Made by a program: the position numbers and the translations under genes. A stretch of 26,556 nt of DNA from Candidatus Iainarchaeum sp. (GTDB lineage Archaea; Iainarchaeota; Iainarchaeia; Iainarchaeales; Iainarchaeaceae), in the NCBI GenBank assembly GCA_043812975.1, contig JBDRLP010000012.1, forward strand, positions 1-26,556, given 5' to 3'. Of this stretch, positions 1-11,514 are shown piece by piece. The notes below the pieces were generated by a model, which was given only the letters and a program-made list of their open reading frames with translations, was not told the origin of the DNA and made no database searches. Each line of letters opens with the position of its first letter. The first letter of the stretch is position 1.

Positions 1-994
1 AGCACAAGTGGTGTCCACTAATATTGGGCCTAAAGCATCTGTAGCCGGTCTAATAAGTCCTTGGTGAAATCATTGAGCTCAACTTAATGAATGGCTAAGG
101 ATACTGTTAAGACTCGAGAGCAGAAGACGTAAAGGGAATTCCAAGAGTAGGAGTGAAATCTAGTGATCCTTGGAGGACCTCCAGTAGCGAAGGCGCTTTA
201 CGAGTATGTTTCTGACGGTGAGAGATGAAAGCTGGGGGAGCGACCCGGATTAGATACCCGGTTAGTCCCAGCCGTAAACGATGCGGACTAGGTGTCCTAG
301 CACCCACGTGGTGTGGGGGTGCCGAAGCGAAGGTTTTAAGTCCGCCGCCTGGGAAGTATACTCGCAAGGGTGAAACTTAATGGAATTGGCGGGGGCGCAC
401 TACAAGGGGTGGATGCTGCGGTTTAATTGGACACAACGCCAGAAAACTCACTAGGGGCGACAGTAGAATGATGGACAGTCTGAAGGGCTTTCCTGACACG
501 CTGAGAGGTGTTGTATGGTCATCGTCAGCTCGTACTATGAAGCGTCCTGTCAACTCAGGTAACGGGCGAGACCCATGTCTCTAGTTGCTACTTTCCGATT
601 TCGGAGGGGCACTCTAGGGAGACTGCAGTGGCAACACTGAGGAAGGAATGGTCAACGGTAGATCTGTATGGCCCGAATCTCCTAGGCTACACGCGGCATA
701 CAATGGACAAGACAATGAGTTTCGAGCCCGAAAGGGTAAGGTAATCCCCAAAACTTGTCCGTAGTTCGGATTGAGGGTTGTAACTCACCCTCATGAAGCT
801 GGAATCCCCAGTAATCGCGTGTCACTATCACGCGGTGAATTAGTCCCTGCGCCTTGCACACACCGCCCATCAAGCCAGCTGAGTGAGGCTTGGATGAGGC
901 CGATCTCTCAGAGGTCGTTCGATTCTAAGTTTCGCGAGGGGGGCTAAGTTGTAACAAGGTGTCCGTAGGGGAACCTGCGGACGGATCACCTCCT
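1..994 (+). rRNA. rrs: 16S rRNA, archaeal, 5'-truncated by the window edge
   Basis: Conserved blocks GGATTAGATACCC, AAACTTAATGGAATTGGCGGGGG, GCACACACCGCCC and GTAACAAGG; ends in GGATCACCTCCT (anti-SD) at 983-994. Confidence 0.99.
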
Positions 995-1024
995 TTAAAT
1001 TAGATTCACAAATGTGAATCACAA

Positions 1025-1126
1025 CCTTTTTCTTTCTTTTAAAGAAAGAAACCTTGTACCCTAAAGGGTACGAGGCCTCGCAAAATTTTTAAATTTTGCA
1101 AGGAAGCTTGGCCAAAAAGAAAGAAC
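1025..1126 (+). repeat. Triplex-type repeat (Y tract / R tract / 8-nt linker / mirror R tract) carrying two inserted hairpin cassettes at 1052-1075 and 1076-1103
   Basis: CCTTTTTCTTTCTTTT-AAAGAAAGAAA[52-nt insert]AAGCTTGGCCAAAAAGAAAGAAC. Removing the insert restores a 33-nt exact match to 6127-6159. Confidence 0.85.
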
Positions 1127-1197
1127 TTCGGTTTTTTCTTGAGGTCAAAAATAAATTGAAGGGGTTTCTATTACAGGCCTTTGATGATAACTCAACC

Positions 1198-1247
1198 TTT
1201 TCTTTCTCTTAGGAAGAGAAAGAAAACGTTGGCGAAAAGAAAGAGAA
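1198..1247 (+). repeat. Triplex-type repeat, perfect 13-nt version
   Basis: TTTTCTTTCTCTT (1198-1210), loop AGG, exact reverse complement AAGAGAAAGAAAA (1214-1226), linker CGTTGGCG, exact mirror AAAAGAAAGAGAA (1235-1247). Confidence 0.9.
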
Positions 1248-1362
1248 CTTTTCGTAACCAACACAAATTACACATTCCAAGTTTTTTTGGAATGGTTCAT
1301 TGGAAATTTTCCTTAAGTGCAATACGCTCAGCGTGAAGGAGTTAAGTTGCTTTTGGAATCAA

Positions 1363-1436
1363 GGGCTCTTAGCTCAGTCTGGTAGAGCGCCTCGTTTGCA
1401 CCGAGGAGGCCGCGAGTTCGAATCTCGCAGAGTCCA
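1363..1436 (+). tRNA. tRNA-Ala(UGC) in the 16S-23S spacer
   Basis: Cloverleaf with acceptor GGGCTCT/AGAGTCC including the G3:U70 identity pair, anticodon stem CCTCG/CGAGG, anticodon TGC at 1397-1399, T loop TTCGAAT. CCA not encoded. Confidence 0.98.
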
Positions 1437-1440
1437 TATC

Positions 1441-1486
1441 CCTTTTCTTTTTTTGAAAAAAAGAAAAGCGATGCCAAAAGAAAAAA
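1441..1486 (+). repeat. Triplex-type repeat directly after tRNA-Ala
   Basis: TTTTCTTTTTTT-G-AAAAAAAGAAAA hairpin, linker GCGATGCC (8 nt), mirror AAAAGAAAAAA. Confidence 0.8.
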
Positions 1487-1645
1487 CAAAAAATAAAATT
1501 AAAAAAATTAAATTAAAAATTGCAAAAGGAAAATTTCAAAATTACACTTACAAATAAATTTTTTATTGTAGGAGCCAACGCAAGTTATTTTGGGTTGGTT
1601 GAAAGAGTAATTCTCCCATGTTATAGCAGGGAGTCTTTATGATGA

Positions 1646-1670
1646 TGTCATGCATTGGTAGGCTATTCGG

Positions 1671-1682
<12 letters not shown>
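1646..1682 (+). other. 5' arm of the 23S pre-rRNA processing stem with a bulge-helix-bulge motif (pairs with 4651-4687)
   Basis: TGTCATGCATTGGT/ACCAATGCATGACA (14 bp), 4-bp AGGC/GCTT helix flanked by 3-nt bulges TAT and TGA, then TCGG/TCGA and TTATAGAGTTCT/AGAACTCTATAA. Confidence 0.9.
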
Positions 1683-4650
<2,968 letters not shown>

Positions 4651-4662
<12 letters not shown>

Positions 4663-4687
4663 TCGAGCTTTGAACCAATGCATGACA
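4651..4687 (+). other. 3' arm of the 23S processing stem (BHB)
   Basis: Complementary to 1646-1682, with a 3-nt TGA bulge at 4671-4673. Confidence 0.9.
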
Positions 4688-4692
4688 GCACT

Positions 4693-4766
4693 TTTTTCTT
4701 TTCATTGCACGAAAAGAAAAACCTGCACTAAAAAGAAAAGTGCAGAAAGCTGTACCAAAAAGAAAG
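4693..4766 (+). repeat. Triplex-type repeat after the 23S processing stem; probably also the oligo-T terminator region of the rRNA operon
   Basis: TTTTTCTTTTC (4693-4703), reverse complement GAAAAGAAAAA (4711-4721), linker CCTGCACT, mirror AAAAAGAAAAG (4730-4740). A second partial unit AAA-GCTGTACC-AAAAAGAAAG follows. Confidence 0.85.
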
Positions 4767-4837
4767 AAAATTAAAAAACAAAAAACTTTTTTTTGGAGAA
4801 TTTATTTTTTGATAGACGTAAGTCTGGATTTTATTAA

Positions 4838-5722
4838 CTATTTTTTTCTTCTAGTTTTTCTTAATTTTGAGTTAACCCAGTTTTCTGTTTCAGAACCAAT
4901 AATTTTTCGTTTTACTAATACTTCTAATGCGCCTTGTTGTGATTCAGGGGGGAGAATCGATTCATTTAAAATATTTAAAACTCTGGCCCTAGTAAGCTGT
5001 TGCTTTGGAATAGCTTGAAATTCTCCCAGTACTCTATTAAACTCAGCTTTTAGTCGTCTCCTGCGCAATTTACCTCCTACTGAATGATAAGCGCGTAGAC
5101 GCTTATCAAACATACTAATCTTTCTTTCCCAAACTGGTGTTCTGATTTGTATTTCTAAATTTGCCTCTATTGCAGGATTAATGACATGATATGCCCTGTA
5201 TCCTCCTGCTCTGGGAGCTTTTACATAATCTTTTGCCGTTACTCCTTCGCCCTTTTTTAGGATTTCAAAAGCTTTTCTTGCGGTTTTCTCATCCTTGACA
5301 AATATCCTAAGCCCCAATGCTTCCCTTAACACTTCCCCAGTCACTTTGGATTTAGGGTCATCAACAATTTCCTTTGCCGGCAGGATAATCCCCCTGTTCA
5401 TACTTGTTTCAGCTTCAATATTTCTGGCCATGCTTCTTGTTGTTTTTACCCTGCTGGTGCTGCCAACTAATTCAATTCCATTGCTTCTTAACAACATTCT
5501 AACCTGTTTTTTTGCATCGTTTAATTGAGCCCGTCTTAAATAATAAGGCCCTATCTGTCTTCTGAATTTCAAAGTAGTGGCTGGGTTGCCTATCATATAA
5601 CCAAGATTTTTTACTTTCTCCTTTGCCCTAGTCCAATAATTTTTTATTTTCGCACCTATAACTGTTGCTTTATCGGTTCGCTCGATAAGTTCATGCAATT
5701 CTTTTCTTTTTTTAGGTGACAT
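4838..5722 (-). CDS. Polybasic protein with a RelA/SpoT nucleotidyltransferase (small alarmone synthetase-like) domain
   Basis: Syn motifs in order: SRVKTTRSMARN, EALGLRIFV, KDYVKAPRAGGYRAYHV, LEIQIRT. K/R-rich N- and C-termini; no HD domain. Confidence 0.8.
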   Translation of the reverse strand: MSPKKRKELHELIERTDKATVIGAKIKNYWTRAKEKVKNLGYMIGNPATTLKFRRQIGPYYLRRAQLNDAKKQVRMLLRSNGIELVGSTSRVKTTRSMARNIEAETSMNRGIILPAKEIVDDPKSKVTGEVLREALGLRIFVKDEKTARKAFEILKKGEGVTAKDYVKAPRAGGYRAYHVINPAIEANLEIQIRTPVWERKISMFDKRLRAYHSVGGKLRRRRLKAEFNRVLGEFQAIPKQQLTRARVLNILNESILPPESQQGALEVLVKRKIIGSETENWVNSKLRKTRRKK

Positions 5723-5764
5723 TAAAAAGATTAGATTTTACTGGCTTAAAACCCTTTCGCCACC

Positions 5765-5772
5765 TTTAAAAA
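5765..5772 (+). promoter_or_regulatory. Putative TATA box of rnpB, in the divergent region shared with the synthetase-domain gene
   Basis: TTTAAAAA about 23 nt upstream of the RNase P P1 helix. Confidence 0.5.
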
Positions 5773-5794
5773 CCCTTAAAACCCATATATTACT

Positions 5795-6108
5795 GAGTAG
5801 CAGGTGATTGGCTATCGGTTTCGAGCATAGCTCGGTGAACTGAGGAAAGTCCGCCCACCCAAAACTTTTCCAGAAAAGTTTTATCAAAAACGTAAATCTT
5901 TAATGGAGAAGTAAAAACACATGCTCCGAGAGGAGGCCTACGGGAACAGAAACGAACCCTCGTTTACGCGAGGGATGAAACGGCTCGTAGCAGGGTGCAA
6001 GTCCTTTGGACGCTAAGTCAAATGCCAATGCGACCGGTTTCGAAAGAAACAAAAACCGTTATTTAGTGGTTTTGGTCAGAACAGAAGGCGGCTTATGGCC
6101 TGCTGCTC
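5795..6108 (+). ncRNA. rnpB: RNase P RNA, minimal archaeal type, with an AT-rich insertion
   Basis: P1 GAGTAGCAGG/CCTGCTGCTC; universal CR-I GAGGAAAGTCC and CR-V AACAGAAGGCGGCTTA; P5 CACCC/GGGTG; ACAGAAACG and TGAAACGGC S-domain motifs. Confidence 0.93.
5861..5890 (+). repeat. Short triplex-type repeat inside rnpB
   Basis: AAAACTTTTC-CA-GAAAAGTTTT inverted repeat followed by ATCAAAAA, which reads AAAA-GTTTTATC-AAAA with an 8-nt linker. Confidence 0.6.
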
Positions 6109-6109
6109 T

Positions 6110-6195
6110 CCCTTTTCTTTTCTTGTAAGAAAGAAAAAGCTTGGCCAAAAAGAAAGAACAAGAAAAGAACAAAAGCTGTGCCAAAAAGAAAGAAC
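6110..6195 (+). repeat. Triplex-type repeat plus partial second unit immediately 3' of rnpB
   Basis: CCTTTTCTTTTCTT-GT-AAGAAAGAAAAA-GCTTGGCC-AAAAAGAAAGAA, then AAAA-GCTGTGCC-AAAAAGAAAGAAC. Confidence 0.85.
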
Positions 6196-6245
6196 AATTT
6201 TAGGCTTTCTAATCCCTTAAAAACCTTTTATCCCTAATTTTTCTC

Positions 6246-8780
6246 ATGAAAACAGATAAAGAGGTTAAGGCAGATTTTAAAGCCAAGGCTTCAGCTGAAC
6301 CTGAAAAGAACTATCCTGTTGGAAAACTCAAAGAATATGGTTTTCACAGGGGAAAGTGTGAGAAGTGTCACAAGTTTTTTTGGAGTCAGGATTCTGAAAG
6401 AAAAATCTGCGGAGACTCAACATGCACAGGTGGTTATTCTTTCATTGGGGATTCTCCTGCAAAAAAAAGTTTTGATTATTTAGAAACATGGGATGCATAC
6501 AAAAAATACTTCAAAAAACTCGGTTACTTGGAATATGAACGCTATCCAGTGGTTGCACGATGGAGGCAGGATGTTTATTGGGTCGGTGCTTCAGTTTATC
6601 CTTTTCAACCTTATGTTGTTAAAGGCGAAATAAAACCAAAAAGCAATGCAGTAATAATCCCGCAGTTATCGCTTCGTTTTAATGACATTGATAATGTCGG
6701 AATCACTGGTTCGCATTACGTTTGCTTTGATATGCTTGGACAATTGCATTTTGAAAAAGCAAAAGATTACGACATGCCGACTTACTGGGATGAATACTTC
6801 AACTGGATTGTTAAAGGAATGGGAATTCCGCAAAAAGAATTAACTGTTCACGAGGATGCATGGGCAGGAGGAGGAACTTTTGGACCGTGCATGGAATTTT
6901 TCGCAAGAGGAATGGAAATTGGTAATCAGGTTTACATGCAGTATGAACAAACAGATTCCGGTTACAAAGAATTAGATATTAAAGTTCTTGATATGGGTCA
7001 AGGTCATGAAAGAGTTCCTTGGTTAACCACTGGTAAAAGCAATTCTTATGAAACAACTTTTCCAAGTGTTGCTAAAAAACTTTACAAAATAACCGGTTAC
7101 AAACCTGATGACAAATTAATGCAAAAATTCCTTCCTTACTCTGCTTTACTGAATGTTGATGAAACTGATGATATTGAAAAAACATGGAAAAATATTGCAA
7201 AAGAACTTTCAATTGATGTTAAAGAATTGAAAGAAAAAATTCTTCCTTTGCAGGCAATTTATTCTATTGGAGAACACTCCAGAGCAGCTCTTGTAGCTCT
7301 AAATGATAATGCCTTGCCTTCCAATGTTGGAGGAGGCTATAACCTCAGAATTATTCTGAGAAGAGCTCTTGGGTTTATTGATGATTATGATTGGGATATT
7401 GATTTGGCAGATTTAAGCAAAGAACACGCTAAATTCCTGAAACCAATGTATCCTGAGCTTTCTGAAAAACTTAATAATGTTGCGGTTATTCTTAATAATG
7501 AAAAACAAAAGTTTTTGGAAAACAAGAAGCGCTCAAGAAATATTATTGTTAATCTTCTTGCAAAAGAGAAAAAACCGAGTATTGAATCATTAATGGAAAT
7601 ATATGATTCTCACGGAGTAAGACCTGAGCAGGTTAAAAAAGAAATAAAAGGAACCGGAACTGACCTAGAAATTCCTGATGATTTTTATTCTTTGGTTGCT
7701 GAAAGGCATGAAAAGCAGGAACACAAGGTTACAACTAAAAAAGCTGTTGAGTTTGATTTGAAGGGAGTTCCTGAAACAGAAGTTCTTTATTATGAGGATT
7801 GGTCAAAAACAGAATTTGAAGCAAAAGTTGTTTATTCAAAAGATAATTTGGTTGCTTTGAACAAAACTGCTTTTTATCCAACAAGTGGCGGGCAGTTGAA
7901 TGATGTTGGTTCTATCAACGGAGCAAGTGTAATTGATGTTTTCAAACAAGATTATATTGTTTTACACAAACTGGAAAAGAATAATTTGAAAGTTGGTGAT
8001 AAAGTTAAATGCAAAATTGATTTTGAAAGAAGAAAACAATTAATGCAGCATCATAGTTCAGCTCATTTGGTTAATTTGTGTGCTTTTGAAGTTTTGGGTC
8101 CGCACGTGTGGCAGGCTGGTGCATCAAAAACTCTGGAAAAAGGAAGGCTTGATATTACTCATTTTGACCAGATTTCTGAAAAAGAATTAAAACAAATTGA
8201 AGATTGTTGCAATGAAAAAATTAAGAAAAATCTGAAAGTAAAAAGTGAAATTCTTCTGAGGGAAAAAGCAGAGGATAAGTACGGGATGCACATTTATCAG
8301 GGCGGGTTTGTTCCGGGAAAAAATCTGAGAATTGTTACTATTGGTTCTGATTCAGAAGCATGCGGAGGAACTCATGCAAATTCTTTGGGTGATTTGGAGG
8401 AATTAAAAATAATCAGTTCTACAAAAGTCCAGGATGGAATTATCAGAATTAATTACACTGCTGGCAAGGCTGCGCATAAGGAAAAATCCAATGTGGATGA
8501 TTTGTTAAAAGAGGTTTCTGATTTGCTTGGTGTTTCCGCTGAGCAGATTCCTGCAAGATCTGAAGAACTGTTCTCTGCGTGGAAAAAAGCAAGAAAAGCT
8601 GTTAAGAAAGGAAACAAGGATATTAATCTTAAGCTTGTTTCAACCAGTCAAACAAAAGCTTCAGAAAATGAATTGCTTTCAATGGCGGCCAAAACTTTCT
8701 CAACCCAGCCAGAGCACTTACCAAAAACCATTAAAAGATTCTTAAATGACCTTGAAAGCTTCAAAAAGAAGTTGGAATAA
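6246..8780 (+). CDS. alaS: Alanyl-tRNA synthetase, archaeal type
   Basis: 844 aa. RYPVVARWR, LRFNDIDNVG, WAGGGTFGP, PSNVGGGYNLR; editing motifs HHSSAH and CGGTH. Confidence 0.97.
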   Translation: MKTDKEVKADFKAKASAEPEKNYPVGKLKEYGFHRGKCEKCHKFFWSQDSERKICGDSTCTGGYSFIGDSPAKKSFDYLETWDAYKKYFKKLGYLEYERYPVVARWRQDVYWVGASVYPFQPYVVKGEIKPKSNAVIIPQLSLRFNDIDNVGITGSHYVCFDMLGQLHFEKAKDYDMPTYWDEYFNWIVKGMGIPQKELTVHEDAWAGGGTFGPCMEFFARGMEIGNQVYMQYEQTDSGYKELDIKVLDMGQGHERVPWLTTGKSNSYETTFPSVAKKLYKITGYKPDDKLMQKFLPYSALLNVDETDDIEKTWKNIAKELSIDVKELKEKILPLQAIYSIGEHSRAALVALNDNALPSNVGGGYNLRIILRRALGFIDDYDWDIDLADLSKEHAKFLKPMYPELSEKLNNVAVILNNEKQKFLENKKRSRNIIVNLLAKEKKPSIESLMEIYDSHGVRPEQVKKEIKGTGTDLEIPDDFYSLVAERHEKQEHKVTTKKAVEFDLKGVPETEVLYYEDWSKTEFEAKVVYSKDNLVALNKTAFYPTSGGQLNDVGSINGASVIDVFKQDYIVLHKLEKNNLKVGDKVKCKIDFERRKQLMQHHSSAHLVNLCAFEVLGPHVWQAGASKTLEKGRLDITHFDQISEKELKQIEDCCNEKIKKNLKVKSEILLREKAEDKYGMHIYQGGFVPGKNLRIVTIGSDSEACGGTHANSLGDLEELKIISSTKVQDGIIRINYTAGKAAHKEKSNVDDLLKEVSDLLGVSAEQIPARSEELFSAWKKARKAVKKGNKDINLKLVSTSQTKASENELLSMAAKTFSTQPEHLPKTIKRFLNDLESFKKKLE

Positions 8781-8813
8781 GGCTTTAAAAACGTTCCAAA
8801 TAGTGATTCTATT

Positions 8814-11507
8814 ATGCCAGTTGATTTGAACAAGATTGCCAAGAAATGGCAGAAAGCATGGGAAAAGGAAGGAATTTTTGCTTCTGAGGATGATTCCAAG
8901 AAGAAAAAGTACTATGTTTTGGAAATGTTTCCATATCCGAGTGGAAATCTCCATATGGGTCATGCTAGGAACTATTCTATTGGTGATGCTATTGCACGGT
9001 TCATGAGAATGAATAATTACAATGTTTTGTATCCAATGGGTTTTGATGCATTTGGTTTACCTGCAGAAAATGCTGCAATTGACCATAAAGCCGATCCGAA
9101 AGAATGGACTTTTCAAAGAATGGAGGATATGGTTGGTCAGCTAAAAGAACTTGGTTACAGTTATGACTGGGACAGAAGAATTGCTACTTGTGTTCCTGAG
9201 TATTATAAATGGAATCAGTGGATTTTCTTAAAGATGCTTGAAAAAGGTCTGGCTTACAAAAAAAAATCTCCTGTGAACTGGTGTGAAAAATGCAATACTG
9301 TTCTTGCTAATGAACAGGTTGTTAATGGAAAATGCTGGCGTCACGAAGATACAGAAGTAGTTGAAAAAGATTTAGAACAATGGTTTTTCAAAATCACTGA
9401 TTATGCAGATGAACTTCTGAATGATTTGGAAACACTTGATGAGTGGCCTGAAAGAGTAAAAACAATGCAAAAGAATTGGATTGGGAAAAGTGAAGGAGTA
9501 GATATTCATTTTACTCTTGAGGGAACCGATGAAATCTTACCTACTTATACAACAAGATGTGACACGGTTTTCAGTGTAACTTTTTTAGCAATAGCTCCTG
9601 AACATCCAATGATTCCTGAATTGGTTAAAGGAACTGGTCTTGAAGAACAGGTGCAGGAATTTATTAAAGAAACAAAAAAACAAAGTCTTATTGACAGGCA
9701 GAATGAGGAAAAGGAAAAGCAGGGAGTTTTCACAGGAAAGTATGCTATCAACCCTGTGAATAATGAAAAAGTCCCTATTTTTGTTTCAAACTTTGCTTTA
9801 ATGTACGGTTCCGGAATTGTAATGTGTGATGCTCACGACAAAAGGGATTTCAGATTTGCGAGAAAGTATGATCTTCCTTTGAAATTTGTTATAAGTAAAG
9901 ATGGCAAACCAATAAGTCCTGATGATTATCAGGATGCGTTTACTGATGATGGAATTCTTTTTGATTCTGGAGAATTTAGCGGAATGAAAAACAAAGAAGC
10001 CTTACCGAAAATGGCCAAATGGTTAAAGAAGAAAAAATTTGGAAAAATTACAACTAATTATAAATTAAGAGACTGGCTCATTTCGCGACAGCGTTTTTGG
10101 GGCACCCCAATACCGATTGTTTATTGTGATAAATGCGGAATGGTTCCTGTTCCTGAAAAGGATTTGCCTGTAAAACTTCCTGATTCAAAGGAAGCAGATT
10201 TCACTACTGGCGGAAATCCGTTGGAAACAGTTAAGCATTTTGTTGATGTCAAATGCCCGAAATGCAAGGGAAACGCAAGAAGGGAAACTGACACAATGGA
10301 CACCTTCGTCGATTCCAGTTGGTATTTTATAAGGTTTACTTCTCCAAAGGAAGCAACATTGCCGTTTAATAAAAAAGCAGCTCATTACTGGATGCCCGTA
10401 GATCAGTATATTGGGGGCGTAGAGCATGCCATTTTGCATTTGCTTTATGCAAGATTTTTCACCAAAGTTCTCAGAGATGAGAGCTTAATTAGTGCTGGAG
10501 AGCCTTTCAAACGCCTTTTAACTCAAGGGATGGTTTTGAAGGATGGAGCCAAAATGTCAAAATCATTAGGAAACACGGTTGATCCTAGTGAAATAATGCA
10601 GAAATTTGGACCTGACACTATAAGGGTTTTCATATTATTCGCATCTGCTCCTGAAAGTGAAATGGACTGGACTAATAAGGGTGTTGAATCAACCCACAAG
10701 TTTTTACAAAAAATTTACAGCGTTTTTGAAGTAAATGCAAAAAACATTTCAAATGAAAAACCAGGAAAAAATCTTTCAATAAGCGACAGACTTGTTTTGA
10801 GCAAAACGCATAGCACTATTAAGAAAGTTTCTCAGTTGATTCAGGATTATAAATTCAATTATGCAATTGGTTCAATAATGGAGCTTGTGAATTTTATTGG
10901 AAAACAGGAAAAAATAGATTCAAATGTTCTTGGGTTTTCATTAAATTCAATTTCAAAATTGCTTGTTCCTTTTGCACCTCACTTGGCAGAAGAACTTTAT
11001 GAATTAATCGGGGGAAAAGAATTAGTTTCTGCAGAACCTTGGCCTGAGTTTGATGAAAAAAGAATTGACGAGGAAGCTGAAGTAACTGAAAAAATGATTC
11101 AGGGCATTAAGGCGGATGTTAATACTATTAAAACTCTTGCAAAAATTGAGAGGCCGAAAAAAGTTACTGTGTTTGTCGCTTCATCATGGAAATGGAGTGT
11201 TCTTGAAAAAATTATTTCAAACAAAGATAAACCTGAGTTCAGCGATGCAATGAAATTAGCTTTAAGTATTCCTGAAGCTAAAAAACACGCAAAGGAAGTC
11301 CAGACTTTTTTGAAACCTGTTTTGCAGAAGTTCCATGATTTAAAGTCATTAAATAAAGTTGATGAGTTTAAACTACTTTCAGGGTCTGTTGATTTGCTTT
11401 CAAAAGAACTTGGAGTAGAAGCAATAGTAGTGTCTGCAGATAAAGTAGATAATAAAGAGAAAGCCAATAAGGCTTTTCCTATGAAACCTGCATTATTAGT
11501 AGAATAA
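8814..11507 (+). CDS. leuS: Leucyl-tRNA synthetase, bacterial-type core with an archaeal-like C-terminus
   Basis: 897 aa. [50 protein letters not shown]; ends [12 protein letters not shown]. Confidence 0.97.
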   Translation: MPVDLNKIAKKWQKAWEKEGIFASEDDSKKKKYYVLEMFPYPSGNLHMGHARNYSIGDAIARFMRMNNYNVLYPMGFDAFGLPAENAAIDHKADPKEWTFQRMEDMVGQLKELGYSYDWDRRIATCVPEYYKWNQWIFLKMLEKGLAYKKKSPVNWCEKCNTVLANEQVVNGKCWRHEDTEVVEKDLEQWFFKITDYADELLNDLETLDEWPERVKTMQKNWIGKSEGVDIHFTLEGTDEILPTYTTRCDTVFSVTFLAIAPEHPMIPELVKGTGLEEQVQEFIKETKKQSLIDRQNEEKEKQGVFTGKYAINPVNNEKVPIFVSNFALMYGSGIVMCDAHDKRDFRFARKYDLPLKFVISKDGKPISPDDYQDAFTDDGILFDSGEFSGMKNKEALPKMAKWLKKKKFGKITTNYKLRDWLISRQRFWGTPIPIVYCDKCGMVPVPEKDLPVKLPDSKEADFTTGGNPLETVKHFVDVKCPKCKGNARRETDTMDTFVDSSWYFIRFTSPKEATLPFNKKAAHYWMPVDQYIGGVEHAILHLLYARFFTKVLRDESLISAGEPFKRLLTQGMVLKDGAKMSKSLGNTVDPSEIMQKFGPDTIRVFILFASAPESEMDWTNKGVESTHKFLQKIYSVFEVNAKNISNEKPGKNLSISDRLVLSKTHSTIKKVSQLIQDYKFNYAIGSIMELVNFIGKQEKIDSNVLGFSLNSISKLLVPFAPHLAEELYELIGGKELVSAEPWPEFDEKRIDEEAEVTEKMIQGIKADVNTIKTLAKIERPKKVTVFVASSWKWSVLEKIISNKDKPEFSDAMKLALSIPEAKKHAKEVQTFLKPVLQKFHDLKSLNKVDEFKLLSGSVDLLSKELGVEAIVVSADKVDNKEKANKAFPMKPALLVE

Positions 11508-11514
11508 TTTTTTA

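Noticed and set aside
1255..1360. 3' arm of the 16S bulge-helix-bulge processing stem
   Set aside because: It is probably here, but its partner strand lies upstream of the window, so the pairing cannot be shown.
1025..1486. Repeats in the rRNA spacer as a CRISPR array
   Set aside because: The units vary in sequence, are irregularly spaced and dispersed, have no unique equal-length spacers, and no cas genes are nearby.
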